In this document: positions 1-9,349 of the stretch, in pieces | Position numbering within the stretch: position 1 is the first letter of the stretch | How the letters are laid out: each line of letters starts with the position of its first letter | Virus record (IMG/VR): IMGVR_UViG_3300021425_000049 | Coordinates: 1-54,909 of that record | Strand: one strand, 5' to 3' | DNA: 54,909 bases | Origin: a virus | Taxonomy: Duplodnaviria; Caudoviricetes | Position numbers and translations under genes: made by a program | The notes under the pieces: model-generated | Seen by the model: only the letters and a program-made list of their open reading frames with translations | The model's database searches: none | Told to the model about the DNA's origin: nothing

Positions 1-270
1 ATAGGCTTTAAAGGAATGGGCTCTGAGAAAAAGCAACCCAAGGGTAAGTGTTTTCGCTTGTTAGGGAATAACTGCCTTCCGTTGATATGACGAAGCTAGA
101 GTAGGGGGATACAGGTCAACCGCCTCCGACAACGAAAGTTGAATCTCTTTTAACAAGATGGCTGAAGCGACTCGAATGATGTTTCAAAGCTACCTTCGCC
201 CGGCAACGGGCGAATTATGACTTCACAATCTGAATGATATTAAAAGCAATACCACTTCGTTGTATTGCAT
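1..270 (+). ncRNA. Candidate large structured RNA, 5' end outside the window
   Basis: No ORF of 60 aa or more. GNRA-capped hairpins CAAC-GAAA-GTTG (130-141) and TTCGCCCG-GCAA-CGGGCGAA (195-214). Long-range pairings 57-63/151-157, 81-85/116-120, 104-108/123-127. Strand inferred from the GNRA loops. Confidence 0.55.
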
Positions 271-349
271 TTCTCATTATCAATTAAGAAATTATAATTG
301 TGTTGAGTGTAAACGAAAACACAGTTGAACGTAGTTCAACTCAAATGTA

Positions 350-357
350 TATAAATA
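350..357 (+). promoter_or_regulatory. T4-type late promoter TATAAATA
   Basis: Exact T4 late -10 consensus, 30 nt before ATG 388. Confidence 0.7.
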
Positions 358-387
358 CATTATCAATTAATTGGATTAACACGAACA

Positions 388-2250
388 ATGGTAAAACTCC
401 TAGAAGTAATTTCGTATAATGACTATGAGATAGTGAATGAAGAAGAAACACCTGACGCATCACGAAGGCCTCCTGTTGGAACTATTATGTCAGCAGGTGG
501 AAACACTTACGAATTCAAAGGAGCTATGTGGGTTAAAATCAACTCTGATGGTAGTGATGGAAGACCTGCATCTCGAGATATACGAGCAGAACTAGATGCT
601 CAGTGGGATGAAGTAAGACGTAATCCTGCTGGAAGTGCTGATGATATGGAATCTGCAAGACGTGGCAGAGTCAATGTTGAAGCAAGAGCTGCCCTTTGGA
701 CAAGCAACAATACAAATCATTTTGTTAAAGTTGGATCTCATGCTTTTAAATTTGATACTGAAGATGCTGCAAAAGATTTCATGCGCACTTGGAATAGAGG
801 CAACAGCACAGTTAGAACTGACATGCTGGAGCAGTTTGGTAACAGGCGAGTAGGAGCAGGCACAAGATTTGCTGAAGGTTGGAGATCTGCCGGATTCCAA
901 AGCATCGATGAAGCTATTGATCGTATGCCTTTTGTTAGAACTATTCTTGCAAACAGATTTGTTCAATCAGTTTTTAAAGTTTTTGAAGTGTTTGGTTGGT
1001 CAACTCTGTTGTTGCAAACTCACGTTGTAAACGTAGCATACTGGAAAGACTTAGCCGACAAAGGCGAATTAACACAACAAGAAGCTGAAGATCTTATTAT
1101 GAGCAGCCAAGCAGCATTTGGTGCTCAAGTTACTGTGTTGCTTCTTGCTATGTTTAGAAGTGGCAGACAAATACGTTTGTTCCTCAGTGGCGCCCGTGTT
1201 ATTACAAACATGTGGGCAGCTGTCGCTGCCAGCACTGGTGTTGGTATACCTGGTGCATTAGCATTAATTGCTGCTAGAGAAACAGCATTTTTCCTAGTTC
1301 AATACCTGTTGACAAGACCTGCAATACAAAGAAAACTTGCAGAAACCATTTCAAGTTTCTTAGACTATACTATTATTAGATTTGCAGTTGAAAGTCTAGC
1401 TGGAATAACTGGCGCAGGACTTGGCGTAGCAAGTAGAGCACTGGATGACATAGGCTTGGGTTTTGAAAATCTCATTAGAGATGGCGGTTGGGAATACACT
1501 CCTAAAGATCAAGAAGATGTAACACAAGCATTTGCAAGCACAGAGTGGGCCAAGTTGATTTTCCAAGATGTGCTGTTTCCTCCTGATAGAAATTTTGAAG
1601 TTCCTTATATTGCTACAGGAGAACGTAGAAGATTATTGCAAAGCAAACTGGGCAGCATGTTTAGAATTACTTTTGAATCACAGTCTGATGCAGAACTGGG
1701 CACACCTTCAAATCCAAAACCAATGTCCAGTCAACAACTAGGACAGTTGAGAGATCATGTGTTTGTATTTTCGTCAACTGAGTATGAAAGATTGAAAGAC
1801 ACACACGAGGTTGTAGCTATATCGGATGTAATGGGCCAACGTCCAGGTGGTAGCAACGAAATGACATTCCTTGCACCAACACCAGAAGCACTTGCATCAG
1901 GACAACCGTTGCCTGAACCTGATAATGTTTTGTTTACATCTAGTGGACAAATGATAGAAAGACCTGCGCCGCAGGATGCAAGTGGAGACAACATTGTAAG
2001 GATTGCTCAAGATGCAATTGACAGTGTGCCTGCAGATCCAAGCACAAGCCCAAGACGTGGATACGAAAGCGGACAAGATACACAACAAGAATTACCCAGT
2101 TACTTACAAAGAGGCAATGATGTTTCGGCTATGAGAAATGCTCAAGCAAACGCTGATGCATATGGAGACATGGGCGACGATATGCCAAGACTGGCTGGAC
2201 CAGATACAATAGTCGGAAGAACTATTAGCAGAAATCAAAGAAGACGTTAA
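388..2250 (+). CDS. Hypothetical late protein, possibly internal virion or ejected protein with a hydrophobic central region
   Basis: 620 aa ORF behind a late promoter; long Ala/Leu/Val/Phe-rich helices at about aa 185-350; no recognisable family. Confidence 0.75.
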   Translation: MVKLLEVISYNDYEIVNEEETPDASRRPPVGTIMSAGGNTYEFKGAMWVKINSDGSDGRPASRDIRAELDAQWDEVRRNPAGSADDMESARRGRVNVEARAALWTSNNTNHFVKVGSHAFKFDTEDAAKDFMRTWNRGNSTVRTDMLEQFGNRRVGAGTRFAEGWRSAGFQSIDEAIDRMPFVRTILANRFVQSVFKVFEVFGWSTLLLQTHVVNVAYWKDLADKGELTQQEAEDLIMSSQAAFGAQVTVLLLAMFRSGRQIRLFLSGARVITNMWAAVAASTGVGIPGALALIAARETAFFLVQYLLTRPAIQRKLAETISSFLDYTIIRFAVESLAGITGAGLGVASRALDDIGLGFENLIRDGGWEYTPKDQEDVTQAFASTEWAKLIFQDVLFPPDRNFEVPYIATGERRRLLQSKLGSMFRITFESQSDAELGTPSNPKPMSSQQLGQLRDHVFVFSSTEYERLKDTHEVVAISDVMGQRPGGSNEMTFLAPTPEALASGQPLPEPDNVLFTSSGQMIERPAPQDASGDNIVRIAQDAIDSVPADPSTSPRRGYESGQDTQQELPSYLQRGNDVSAMRNAQANADAYGDMGDDMPRLAGPDTIVGRTISRNQRRR

Positions 2251-2468
2251 ATCAACGGCAACTTTGTATTCTTAGTGTTCTCAACATTTTCTTTTATAAT
2301 TTTTTGTATTATTTCTCTATCTTCAAGATCCATGTCGTATAGATAATTTTCTACACTAACACCGCCACGCATATACCAAGACACTCGATAGGCTAGATCT
2401 TTTATTGCTTTAATATCTAGTTCGTATCCATCGGCTAGTGTCTGTATCTCGTCATCTTCAAGGAACAC
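2247..2468 (-). CDS. gp51-like / tail assembly chaperone C-terminal extension, probably reached by -1 frameshift
   Basis: 73 aa ORF in the -1 frame of the upstream gene; its GTG overlaps the upstream TAG; no strong SD. Confidence 0.6.
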   Translation of the reverse strand: MFLEDDEIQTLADGYELDIKAIKDLAYRVSWYMRGGVSVENYLYDMDLEDREIIQKIIKENVENTKNTKLPLI

Positions 2469-3307
2469 TAGCCTTTGACGAAAAAATCGGATTGATCAAT
2501 CCTAACTGCAACTTTATCTTCTTTTTCACAGGCTTCACACTGAACATTTTGCGTTGGCATTTGCCAAACTTCTACTTGAGATTCTATGTGTTCTTTTATT
2601 GTGTTATAGAAACTAATATCGTTGTCATCCAAAAATTCTTTTATTTCTAAAATATCAGTTTCTTCAATACCGTCAACGGTAATGCTTTTTATGCTTCTAA
2701 AAATAAACTCCACAGTTAAAGTTGCTATTTGTTGTAGTGTTTCATTTATAAATGCATCTCTCTTTTGTTCGTCGGTTATCTTTTGAGATTGTATTCTCAA
2801 TGCTCTAGACAATGCTATATTACGCTGTTGTGTTTCACTAAATTCTTGATAGGTCAATGGTCTAATTTGCACTACAAAATTTTCAATTTGTATTTGATCT
2901 TTGTATTCTAAACTGTTGTAATAATCCAAAAGTTTTTGAATATCAATGTCATAAGAATTTTCATGTTTACAATGTTTGCATTTATGATTTACAGTTAGAC
3001 CTGACCCGTATGTAGCTAGTCTAATAGCTAACAATAGATAGTCTATATCCAATGTAACCAACTGCATAGGATTTAAAACACTTGGAACACAACTTCTTAT
3101 GTTGTTTGCTGTTGCCTGTCCGTTGATAAGTGCATCTGGTGTTTTGAAAAGTATTTCGTCGTTTGCTGTCATGCTAAACACTGGCAATTCAGTGAAATCA
3201 CCGTTGTTAACCACAGTTGCATCATAAAATTTGCCTCTGCTGGGCAATGTTGCATAGATCTTAGGTTGTCTACGGTATTTCTTTAAGGGACTGATTTCAT
3301 TTTCCAT
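2468..3307 (-). CDS. gp26-like baseplate hub / tail assembly chaperone
   Basis: Motifs LPSRG, MTAxDEI, DIDYLLLAIRLATYG and two CxxC (CKHC, CEAC); adjacent to the tape measure gene. Confidence 0.7.
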   Translation of the reverse strand: MENEISPLKKYRRQPKIYATLPSRGKFYDATVVNNGDFTELPVFSMTANDEILFKTPDALINGQATANNIRSCVPSVLNPMQLVTLDIDYLLLAIRLATYGSGLTVNHKCKHCKHENSYDIDIQKLLDYYNSLEYKDQIQIENFVVQIRPLTYQEFSETQQRNIALSRALRIQSQKITDEQKRDAFINETLQQIATLTVEFIFRSIKSITVDGIEETDILEIKEFLDDNDISFYNTIKEHIESQVEVWQMPTQNVQCEACEKEDKVAVRIDQSDFFVKG

Positions 3308-3321
3308 TGGTGTATCCTATA

Positions 3322-3351
3322 GGTAAATAGTTATATATCCATATATTTATT
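3322..3351. promoter_or_regulatory. Divergent late promoters
   Basis: GGTAAATA on + (3322-3329); TATAACTA (3328-3335) and AATAAATA (3344-3351) on -. Confidence 0.5.
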
Positions 3352-3378
3352 TGGATATTTCAACACGAGGTTATAGAT

Positions 3379-5676
3379 TTGGCAGATGCAACAGACATAG
3401 GAATTTTAGGCGATGTAGCAAGATATGCTAGCAGTGCATTAGGCGATGCTGCAAAAGCGTCTTTAGGTCTAGCAGGTAACCTTTTATCTGGCAGTAGCAA
3501 GTTAAGTGATTATAGCGAAGCATTAGCTGTTAATACACCCTTACTTAAAGAATTTTCAACTGTTGTAAAAGGTTTAGTTAAGTTTGCAGAACAAAACTTA
3601 GAAGATTACGAAGGTCTAGCCAGCATGGGTGCGTCTTTTGATGCTGACACAACTCGCATGAGAACCGCAGCAACAAAAATGGGATTAACCATGGAGCAGA
3701 TGACCGAAATGGTTGCTAACAATAGAGAAGGGTTAGCAGCATTTGGTGGCACTGTAAACCAAAGCATGACAGACTTGATTAACTTTAATAATCAAATCTT
3801 AACCAGCGATACCGGAACCTACTTGCGTAGATTAGGAATGAATTTCCAAGATGTAAACGACACATTGATTGCATACCAAGAAATAATGGAAGCCGGAGGT
3901 AGAGGCAACAGTTTAACCGAGTTACAAAGACAACAGGCTGTTGAAGAATTTGCAACAGGCATTGACGAACTTGTAAAACTAACGGGCAAAAACCGTAAAG
4001 AAATAATGGAAGAAATGAAGGAACGTAGACGCTCTGGAGAAATGCAAGCGTTCCTTAATACTCTTGGACCAGAACAGGCTGCTGCTGTTCAAGAACAAAT
4101 CAACACAATGCAGCAAACACTCGGTCCTGTTGCTGCACAAGCATTCCAAGAAATACTTGCATTTGGTGCTCCTATTAACGAAGCTACACAAAATTTTGTA
4201 GCAGGTATGGGCGGCGCAGCTACTGATATGTATGCTGCTGGAGATTTATTTAGATCTGGTAACCTAGATGCATTTGCAGCACAAACCGATAATGCTATAG
4301 GCGCTATGACCGATTATCAAAACTCGACTGAGTTTGCACAAACAGCTATGCTTGGTGGAGTGGGAGGTCCGGTTGCTGAGGCACAGGCTTCTGCATTAGA
4401 AGGTAGTTACGTCTTTAGAAATCGCATGGCAGAACTTGCTGAAGAAACAGGAAGTGTTGTTGAAGCTATGAGATTAGCAAGACAACAAATTGCAGAAGAA
4501 CAAAACTTACAGAGAACTGCTGGCGATAGTGCTCCAAACTTAATTGCTGCTACACAAGACTTACAAGAAGCGACAAGGCAACTAGCAGAAGCTACTCAAC
4601 AGGCAGCATTTCCAAGATTAGAAGAAGCAGGTTTAAGAGCAATCGGAATGATAACAGATTCGTTACCACCTCCGGGAGAAGTTGCATCAATTGTTGCAAA
4701 CACTGCTGATAATTTATTCAATCTAGCAGAACGTGGAATTTACGGCGACATTGATACTGCAAACATGGGCAATGTTAACATTGGTAGTGCTAACGGAGAG
4801 TTAACTCCAGGAGATGTTGCAGGGCTTGGAGCAAGCGGAACACCAGACGACCCTCTTTCTGTTACACAAGTTGATCCGGCAGCTGAGCAAACTGTTGAAA
4901 ATATTGAAGCACTTGATAATAGAACAGCGGCAGTAAATGATGCAATTGAAAGATTGCGAGGCAGTAACGATGCAATGGATGCTACTAGAGTATTAGAAGC
5001 TGAACAAATAATGGAAGGCATAGTAACTGCTAGTGCTGAAAGAGCAGCCGCAGAAGAAACTTTAAATGAAGCAAATGCTACGCTAAGTGAAGCAATTGAT
5101 ACAGGTGTTATTCCTGAAATTAGAGCAGCACAAGATGCTGTAAATGCAGCAGAAGAAGCATTAAACACAAAAATAGAAGAAGAAACACAAATATTAAACG
5201 ATGCACTTGCAGCAACTAGTGATATGATAAGATCATCAATGGAATATACAAACAGACAAATTTCTAGATACGAATCTGATCCAAATTTTGTTGGAGGGTT
5301 TGATTCTGGAGGTAACATTCCTAGCGGAGCGTTTGGTATGGTTGGCGAGTATGGCCCTGAACTAATAGGTGGACCTGCTAACGTAGTAGGAAGAAGAGAA
5401 ACCAGTCAAATGATTTCTTCGATGATGAGAAACATCAGTAGTTTAGCAGATTTACCACAAATGATACAAGACCAAACTGTGCCTGACACCGACGTAAATG
5501 AGATAACTACTAGTAGCAACGATAGAACCATGCAAGCACTGGGATCATTGTTCAGTAGATTAGAAGGTAAGTTAGATCAATTGATTACAATAGAAGCTAG
5601 ATTATCTGACACAGGTGTTAAGACACTGAGAGCAACAAGAGGGCTAACTGGCAATCTCCACAGAGGAATAGGATAA
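3379..5676 (+). CDS. Tape measure protein-like (gp29-like)
   Basis: 765 aa Ala/Gln-rich helical protein; C-terminal FDSGG..VGEYGPE motif typical of tape measure proteins; GAGG SD before a TTG start. Confidence 0.65.
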   Translation: MADATDIGILGDVARYASSALGDAAKASLGLAGNLLSGSSKLSDYSEALAVNTPLLKEFSTVVKGLVKFAEQNLEDYEGLASMGASFDADTTRMRTAATKMGLTMEQMTEMVANNREGLAAFGGTVNQSMTDLINFNNQILTSDTGTYLRRLGMNFQDVNDTLIAYQEIMEAGGRGNSLTELQRQQAVEEFATGIDELVKLTGKNRKEIMEEMKERRRSGEMQAFLNTLGPEQAAAVQEQINTMQQTLGPVAAQAFQEILAFGAPINEATQNFVAGMGGAATDMYAAGDLFRSGNLDAFAAQTDNAIGAMTDYQNSTEFAQTAMLGGVGGPVAEAQASALEGSYVFRNRMAELAEETGSVVEAMRLARQQIAEEQNLQRTAGDSAPNLIAATQDLQEATRQLAEATQQAAFPRLEEAGLRAIGMITDSLPPPGEVASIVANTADNLFNLAERGIYGDIDTANMGNVNIGSANGELTPGDVAGLGASGTPDDPLSVTQVDPAAEQTVENIEALDNRTAAVNDAIERLRGSNDAMDATRVLEAEQIMEGIVTASAERAAAEETLNEANATLSEAIDTGVIPEIRAAQDAVNAAEEALNTKIEEETQILNDALAATSDMIRSSMEYTNRQISRYESDPNFVGGFDSGGNIPSGAFGMVGEYGPELIGGPANVVGRRETSQMISSMMRNISSLADLPQMIQDQTVPDTDVNEITTSSNDRTMQALGSLFSRLEGKLDQLITIEARLSDTGVKTLRATRGLTGNLHRGIG

Positions 5677-7424
5677 TGAGCTGGAAAAAATATTTTACAC
5701 CTGTAAAAACAGGCAATAACCCAAACGGTAGTTATTCACCGTTTAGCGGCAGAGGAGTAGGAAATCCAGGACCTGCGTCTGCAAATTACAGCAGTCACCT
5801 CCCTGACGTTTATGTTGGCTCACCTAATCGTATTGAACGATACAATCAATACAACACTATGGACAGCGACAGTGAAGTAAATGCTGCATTGGATATTCTA
5901 GCAGAATTTACTACACAAAAAAACAAATCAAACGACACACATTTTAGATTAGATTTCAAAAAAGAAGCAACTGGTTCTGAAGTTAAAATTATTGGCGAAT
6001 ATCTGCGCCAATGGTGCAAATTAAATCAGTTTGAAACAAGAATGTTTCGAATATTGCGCAATTCTTTCAAATATGGAGACCAATTCTTTATTCGTGATCC
6101 AGAAACTCAAAAATGGTTTCATGTTGATCCTAGTCAAGTTACCAAAATCATTGTTAACGAAAGCGAAGGTAAACGTCCAGAGCAGTATGCAATAAAGAAT
6201 TTAAATTTCAGTTTTGGAAATTTAGAAGCAACACCGTTGAACCAAACAAACAGCTATGGTCCAGGAGGCACAGCAGGTTATCAGCAAGTGCCTAATCAAT
6301 TTGGAACAGGCGGCACTAACACTCCACCTGCAACAACTTCTAGATTTGAACAAGGCGAAAATGAAACTTTTGTAGATGCAGAACATGTTGTTCACTTGTC
6401 AATGAGCGAAGGATTGGATCAAAACTTTCCATTTGGCAATAGTTTACTAGAAAGTATTTTTAAAGTATACAAGCAAAAAGAATTGCTTGAGGATGCGATT
6501 ATTATCTATCGTGTCCAACGTGCGCCAGAGCGCAGAGTATTCTACGTTGATGTGGGCAACATGCCATCACACCTTGCTATGCAATTTGTGGAGCGTGTAA
6601 AAACGGAAATACATCAAAGACGAATCCCATCCAAGACAGGTGGCGGAACAAATGTCATAGACTCATCTTACAATCCACTGTCAATCAACGAAGACTACTT
6701 CTTTCCACAAACTGCAGAGGGCCGTGGATCAAAAGTTGAAACTCTACCAGGTGGCACCAACTTAGGAGAGATTGATGATCTTAGATACTTCACCAACAAA
6801 CTGGTTAGGGGTTTGCGTATTCCTTCAAGCTACCTACCTACTGGGGCTGATGATGGTGCATCGCAATACAATGACGGGCGAGTGGGCACAGCATATATTC
6901 AAGAATTGAGATTCAACAATTATTGCGAACGTTTGCAATCAATGCTTGAAGAAGTATTCAATAGAGAGTTTAAACTTTACTTGAATAGCAAAGGTGCAAA
7001 CATTGATTATGCAATGTTTGATCTAAAATTAACACCTCCGCAAAACTTTGCAGCATATAGACAGGCTGAACTTGATAACAATAGAATAAACACCTTTAGC
7101 CAAATGACAGCTATTCCGTTTGTTTCAAATAGATTTGCATTGAAGAGATTCTTAGGACTCAGTGATGAAGAAATCAAAGAAAATGAACAGCTATGGAAAG
7201 AGGAAAACGAAGATATTATTCAAGTTGACGTTGATCCGGCAGGAGAAATGCGCGGCGCTGGAATTAGTGCAGCAGGCATGGCAGGAGATGTTGGTGGCTT
7301 AGAAACTGACTTAGGTGGAGACTTAGGAGGAATCGAAGGAGGAGATGCTGCACCACCCGACACTAACACAGGTGCCGACTTAGGTGCTGCACCTGCTGGC
7401 GCAGAAACTGCTCAAACGATATAA
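5676..7424 (+). CDS. gp20: Portal vertex protein
   Basis: T4 gp20 motifs LEDAIIIYRVQRAPERRVFYVDVGNMP, EDYFFP, GSKVETLPGG. Confidence 0.95.
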   Translation: MSWKKYFTPVKTGNNPNGSYSPFSGRGVGNPGPASANYSSHLPDVYVGSPNRIERYNQYNTMDSDSEVNAALDILAEFTTQKNKSNDTHFRLDFKKEATGSEVKIIGEYLRQWCKLNQFETRMFRILRNSFKYGDQFFIRDPETQKWFHVDPSQVTKIIVNESEGKRPEQYAIKNLNFSFGNLEATPLNQTNSYGPGGTAGYQQVPNQFGTGGTNTPPATTSRFEQGENETFVDAEHVVHLSMSEGLDQNFPFGNSLLESIFKVYKQKELLEDAIIIYRVQRAPERRVFYVDVGNMPSHLAMQFVERVKTEIHQRRIPSKTGGGTNVIDSSYNPLSINEDYFFPQTAEGRGSKVETLPGGTNLGEIDDLRYFTNKLVRGLRIPSSYLPTGADDGASQYNDGRVGTAYIQELRFNNYCERLQSMLEEVFNREFKLYLNSKGANIDYAMFDLKLTPPQNFAAYRQAELDNNRINTFSQMTAIPFVSNRFALKRFLGLSDEEIKENEQLWKEENEDIIQVDVDPAGEMRGAGISAAGMAGDVGGLETDLGGDLGGIEGGDAAPPDTNTGADLGAAPAGAETAQTI

Positions 7425-7427
7425 ATA
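7420..7427 (+). promoter_or_regulatory. Late promoter TATAAATA
   Basis: Overlaps the portal stop codon; 5 nt before ATG 7433. Confidence 0.65.
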
Positions 7428-7432
7428 ATAAT

Positions 7433-7681
7433 ATGCTACTACGTGAACTATATTATTTTGATCCAAAAACAATGGAACCTGTTGAAGATTCTACCTATGA
7501 AGAACAGGACGATACCAGTGTGATTACTGTTGATGACAATCGTAAAACACGATTAACATTAAAAGATATTAACAAAGCACGTAAAGCAACTGATGCTCAT
7601 ATCAAAGAAAAAGAAAAAGAGCAAGAGTTTATAAAACAAATGTATGGTCAGCCACCCGAAGGAGCAGCTGGCGGACTATAA
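7433..7681 (+). CDS. Hypothetical protein, head module
   Basis: 82 aa ORF directly after portal and a late promoter. Confidence 0.7.
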   Translation: MLLRELYYFDPKTMEPVEDSTYEEQDDTSVITVDDNRKTRLTLKDINKARKATDAHIKEKEKEQEFIKQMYGQPPEGAAGGL

Positions 7682-8275
7682 ATGGAAATATCATTTGTTT
7701 TAGGCAATGGTGTAAGCAGACAATCAATTAATCCAGATAATTTAAAAGCACACGGAAAAGTTTACGGGTGCAATGCCCTGTATAGAGAGCACAAGCCAGA
7801 CTTTTTAGTTGCTGTTGATACAAAAATGATAATGGAAATTACAGATGCAGGGTATCATAAAGATAATGTAGTCTGGACAAATCCAAACAAACTTACCAAA
7901 AATTACAATGACTTAAATCTTTTCAACCCTAATAGAGGTTGGAGCAGCGGACCTACTGCACTATGGTTAGCAAGCAAACATGGTGCAAAAGAAATTTACA
8001 TTTTAGGATTTGATTACGCCGGTTTAGGCGTCAATAATGGCAGTGTAAACAACGTATATGCTGGCACAAAAAACTATAAAAGTGTTAACGATAGAGCCAC
8101 GTATTTTGGCAATTGGGAAAGACAAACTATGACTTGTATTAAAGAGTTTCCAAGAACTAAATACTATAGAGTGGTAGAACACGAACACAGTTTTATCCCT
8201 GATAAGCTAGAAGGATTAGCTAATTTAACGCACATAAGTATTGAAAAATTAAACAATAAATTTAATATTTCGTAA
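7682..8275 (+). CDS. Maf/DUF115/sialyltransferase-like fold protein
   Basis: Motifs FVLGNGxS, YGCNA, PDFLVAVD, SSGPTALWLA, IYILGFD. Confidence 0.55.
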   Translation: MEISFVLGNGVSRQSINPDNLKAHGKVYGCNALYREHKPDFLVAVDTKMIMEITDAGYHKDNVVWTNPNKLTKNYNDLNLFNPNRGWSSGPTALWLASKHGAKEIYILGFDYAGLGVNNGSVNNVYAGTKNYKSVNDRATYFGNWERQTMTCIKEFPRTKYYRVVEHEHSFIPDKLEGLANLTHISIEKLNNKFNIS

Positions 8276-8331
8276 TAATATTTTAAAATGGGCTGTTTTG
8301 ACCCCATTTTCTGCGTATTTTTTCTAAAAAG

Positions 8332-8339
8332 TGTAAATA
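8332..8339 (+). promoter_or_regulatory. Late promoter TGTAAATA for the core-capsid operon
   Basis: One mismatch to consensus; followed by AAGGAG SD and ATG 8380. Confidence 0.55.
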
Positions 8340-8379
8340 TAATAGACAGCCTTGTAAACATATATAAAGGAGATAAACA

Positions 8380-9342
8380 ATGGCAAAAGCAAACAAATTT
8401 GAAGAAATGCTTGAGCGCCTAGTAAACGAAGATCGTGCAGGTGCAGAAGAGCTATTTCATGAAATCGTGGTAGAAAGATCACGTGAGATTTATGAAAACC
8501 TACTTGCAGAAGATGAAGAAGTTGAAGAAACAACTGACGAAGAAGTAGATGAGTCTGCAGAAGACGAGCTAGATGAATCAGATGATGAAGATCTAGATGA
8601 AGCAACTGACGAAGAAGTTGACGAAGCAACTGACGAAGAAGTTGACGAATCATTTTTTGATGAAATGGGCGGTGACCCAGCAGACGACATGATGGGTGAC
8701 GTTGAAATGCCTGGTGCTGACGAAATGGGCGGCGACATGGGCATGGCTGGCGATGACGACATTGAAGACCGTGTAATGGATCTAGAAGACGAACTAGAAG
8801 CATTAAAGCAAGAGTTTGAAGCTATGATGGACGGTGAAATGGACGACGAAGAGCCTGCAGATGACATGGACATGGACATGGACATGGGCGACGAAGAGCC
8901 TGCAGATGACATGCCAATGGATGTTGATTCAGAAGAAGGCGACGACGAAGAAGAAGCTGAAGAAGAATCAACTGAAGAAGCAGTTGATAAGTCAGAAACT
9001 GAAACAATGCGTGAATATGTTGAAAAAGTAACTGCTAAAATGGGCGACAATGGTGCAAACACTCAGTCAACTGTAGCAAGTGCAAACAACATGGGTGGCA
9101 CAGCAGGTAATATTGCTCAGTCAGCAACAGCTAGCGATCCAGAAGTAGGCGCTGGTAAAAAAGTTGCAGGTTCAGCATTAAATGATCAAAACCCAAAAGA
9201 AGATTCGGCTGGTAATATTAACACACCAGGCGGTAAAGCGGCAAAAGCAATGAAAGCTATGCCAAAAGGCCACGGCGCTGAGAAAAAAGGCGCAGGTGAG
9301 ACTGCCGACAGTAGTGCAGGAAGCACAATTAGCGGCAACTAA
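8380..9342 (+). CDS. Acidic prohead core protein (gp67-like)
   Basis: Extremely Asp/Glu-rich; lies between portal and prohead protease as in T4-like head modules. Confidence 0.65.
   Translation: MAKANKFEEMLERLVNEDRAGAEELFHEIVVERSREIYENLLAEDEEVEETTDEEVDESAEDELDESDDEDLDEATDEEVDEATDEEVDESFFDEMGGDPADDMMGDVEMPGADEMGGDMGMAGDDDIEDRVMDLEDELEALKQEFEAMMDGEMDDEEPADDMDMDMDMGDEEPADDMPMDVDSEEGDDEEEAEEESTEEAVDKSETETMREYVEKVTAKMGDNGANTQSTVASANNMGGTAGNIAQSATASDPEVGAGKKVAGSALNDQNPKEDSAGNINTPGGKAAKAMKAMPKGHGAEKKGAGETADSSAGSTISGN
8599..8649 (+). repeat. 24-nt tandem coding repeat (EATDEEVD x2)
   Basis: GAAGCAACTGACGAAGAAGTTGAC twice; also (GACATG)x4 at 8863-8886. Confidence 0.9.
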
Positions 9343-9349
9343 GGACTGA

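Noticed and set aside
8324-9062. Long antisense ORFs (159 aa and 190 aa) over the acidic core gene
   Set aside because: Shadow frames of a low-complexity GAA/GAC-rich gene; Ser- or Leu-rich with no start signals.
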